Part shown: piece after piece, positions 6,679 to 8,357 of the stretch | How the letters are laid out: every line of letters begins with the position of its first letter | Position numbering within the stretch: position 1 is the first letter of the stretch | The notes under the pieces: generated by a model | The model's database searches: none | Seen by the model: only the letters and a program-made list of their open reading frames with translations | What the model was told of the DNA's origin: nothing | Origin: a virus | Lineage: Duplodnaviria; Heunggongvirae; Uroviricota; Caudoviricetes | Direction: 5' to 3' (one strand) | DNA: 8,357 nucleotides | Virus record (IMG/VR): IMGVR_UViG_3300029068_000009 | Made by a program: the position numbers and the translations under genes

Positions 6679-7921
6679 GAAAAAAACACGCGAACCCCGT
6701 AATGATGAGGCCACCCGGTTATTGCTGCAGTACAGTCAGCAACAGGCACAGGTGGAAGGACAGATTGCTGCTGCCAGACAGTCAGCAGGCATTGCCACGG
6801 AAAGGATGACAGAAGCGCATAAACAGCTTCTGGCTCTGCAGCAGCGCATCAGCGACCTGGACGGGAAAAAACTGACGGCAGATGAAAAGAGTGTGCTGGC
6901 CCGTAAAGATGAACTGATTCAGGCACTGACGCTGCTGGATGTAAAACAGCAGGAGCTTCAGAAACAGACGGCACTCAACGAGCTGAAGAAAAAAACAATT
7001 CAGCTGACCAGTCAACTGGCTGAAGAAGAGCGCGCTCAGCGTCAGCAACATGACCTGGATATCGCCACGGTGGGTATGGGTGATCAGCAGCGGCAGCGAT
7101 ATCAGGTACAACTGAGTCTTCGCCAGAAATACCAGCAACAGCTGGAGCAGTTGAGGCGGGATAGTGAGCAGAAAGGAACATATAACACGGATGACTACAG
7201 AAAGGCCGAGCAGGCGCTGACGGAGAGCCTGAACCGACAACTGAATGAGAATCGCCGTTACTGGCAACAGCTTGAAGTTGTGCAGGGTAACTGGAAAAAC
7301 GGAGTCCTGCGTGCATTTCAGGATTTTACCGTGGATGCAGATAATACGGCAGGAACAGCAGAACAGGTGTTCTCGTCAGCCTTCAGCAACATGGGAAATG
7401 GCCTGGCAACTTTTGTCACTACCGGCAAACTCAATTTCAAATCCTTCACCTCTTCTGTGCTGTCAGATATGGCGAAAATCCTGGCGCAGGCAACCATGAT
7501 GAAATCGATAAAAGGGATTGGCAGTGTACTGGGATTTGATCTCAGCAGCCTTTCCCTGAATGCCAATGGGGGGATTTATCAGTCTGCTGATTTGAGTCGT
7601 TACAGTGGCACGGTGGTTAACCGTCCGACGTTTTTTGCTTTTGCAAAAGGCGCGGGTGTGATGGGGGAAGCGGGACCTGAAGCCATTCTGCCTCTGCGTC
7701 GTGGTGCTGACGGTAAGCTGGGGGTTGTGGCGGATATTGGTGGTTCAGGTATGGCGATGTTTGCCCCGCAGTACAACATCGAGATCAATAACGATGGCAC
7801 GAACGGGCAGATAGGTCCGGCTGCCCTGAAGGTGGTTTATGACCTTGGGAAAAAAGCGGCAGCGGACTTTATGCAACAGCAGGCCCGTGATGGTGGTCGG
7901 TTAAGTGGAGCATATCGGTAA
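6659..7921 (+). CDS. H: Tail tape measure protein, lambda gpH homologue, short (420 aa)
   Basis: ATG 6659 is preceded by GGAGG (6646-6650) and overlaps the T ORF end as in lambda. N-terminal part is Gln/Glu/Arg-rich and coiled-coil-like. The C-terminal part matches the lambda gpH C-terminus, including INNDGTNGQIGPAALK (VYD) and a final RDGG motif. Stop TAA 7919-7921 shares one base with the M start. Confidence 0.85.
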   Translation: MDQTSGKKKTREPRNDEATRLLLQYSQQQAQVEGQIAAARQSAGIATERMTEAHKQLLALQQRISDLDGKKLTADEKSVLARKDELIQALTLLDVKQQELQKQTALNELKKKTIQLTSQLAEEERAQRQQHDLDIATVGMGDQQRQRYQVQLSLRQKYQQQLEQLRRDSEQKGTYNTDDYRKAEQALTESLNRQLNENRRYWQQLEVVQGNWKNGVLRAFQDFTVDADNTAGTAEQVFSSAFSNMGNGLATFVTTGKLNFKSFTSSVLSDMAKILAQATMMKSIKGIGSVLGFDLSSLSLNANGGIYQSADLSRYSGTVVNRPTFFAFAKGAGVMGEAGPEAILPLRRGADGKLGVVADIGGSGMAMFAPQYNIEINNDGTNGQIGPAALKVVYDLGKKAAADFMQQQARDGGRLSGAYR

Positions 7922-8250
7922 TGGAGACGTTTCACTGGAAAGTGCGCCCGGATATGAATGTGGTATCAGAGCCGAAAGTGGTGACAGTGAAGCTGGGCGA
8001 TGGTTATGAACAGCGTCGTGCGGCGGGACTGAATAACCAGTTGTCGACTTACAGCGTGACGATACGTGTTCGTAAATGTGAACACCCATCTTTAAAAGCC
8101 TTTCTGGAACGGCACGGTGGCGTCCGCGCATTTCAGTGGACGCCACCTTATGACTGGAAACCGATTAGGGTGGTTTGTCGTAAATGGTCGGCAAGCGTGG
8201 GGGCGCTGTGGGTAACCATAACGGCAGATTTTGAACAGGTCGTGGCATAG
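7921..8250 (+). CDS. M: Minor tail protein (tail tip assembly), lambda gpM homologue
   Basis: 109 aa, the same length as lambda gpM. Contains FHWKVRPDM, GDGYEQR, TYSV, ERHGG, WTPPYDW, CRKWS and ADFEQVV, closely paralleling lambda M. TAATG overlap with the H stop. Confidence 0.92.
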   Translation: METFHWKVRPDMNVVSEPKVVTVKLGDGYEQRRAAGLNNQLSTYSVTIRVRKCEHPSLKAFLERHGGVRAFQWTPPYDWKPIRVVCRKWSASVGALWVTITADFEQVVA

Positions 8251-8259
8251 GAGGCTCTG

Positions 8260-8357
8260 ATGCAGGATATTCCACAGGAAACACATCATGAGACGACACG
8301 CCTCACTCAGTCAGCCCAGGTGGTGCTCTGGGAAATCGATCTGACAGAGGTCGGTGG
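8260..8357 (+). CDS. L: Minor tail protein, lambda gpL homologue; 5' fragment that runs off the window
   Basis: AGGAGG (8249-8254) lies 5 nt before ATG 8260. The translation MQDIPQETHHETTRLTQSAQVVLWEIDLTEVG matches the lambda gpL N-terminus. Open to the end of the window. Confidence 0.88.
   Translation, partial: MQDIPQETHHETTRLTQSAQVVLWEIDLTEVG

Noticed and set aside
6700-7260. Gln/Glu/Arg-rich repetitive region in the tape measure N-terminal half, considered as a possible tandem DNA repeat or separate coiled-coil gene
   Set aside because: The amino-acid periodicity is that expected of tape measure coiled-coil sequence and is in frame with the conserved H C-terminus; no exact nucleotide tandem repeats were seen.
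1-8357. Search for inserted cargo (moron), defence system, toxin-antitoxin, tRNA, CRISPR repeats or IS termini
   Set aside because: No intergenic gap exceeds about 90 bp except the window edge, no gene is on the minus strand, no direct or inverted repeat arrays were seen, and every ORF of plausible size has a structural-module identity. I find no candidate for a novel system in this window.

Overview
The window is a contiguous, same-strand (+) block from the late morphogenesis operon of a lambdoid siphovirus or prophage in an enterobacterial-type genome. Reading left to right: a lambda-gpB-family portal gene; one large gene fusing a ClpP-family prohead protease, a scaffold-like linker and a major capsid domain; two small head-completion genes; then a lambda-type tail module in canonical order Z, U, V, G/GT (with -1 frameshift), H (tape measure), M and the first 33 codons of L. 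Genes are tightly packed with overlapping stop/start junctions; the only non-coding gaps larger than about 20 bp are positions 1-165, 3482-3567 and 5903-5962, and the latter two carry terminator-like hairpins. I see no tRNA/rRNA, CRISPR array, IS element, or inserted cargo or defence gene, and no unexplained novel system: every substantial ORF is accounted for by the structural module. The points worth a second look are the fused tripartite head gene, a tape measure about half the length of lambda gpH, a non-canonical G-T slippery heptamer, the two intra-operon terminators, and an ambiguous portal 5' end. All homology statements come from reading the translations and from memory of lambda proteins; no database search was run.
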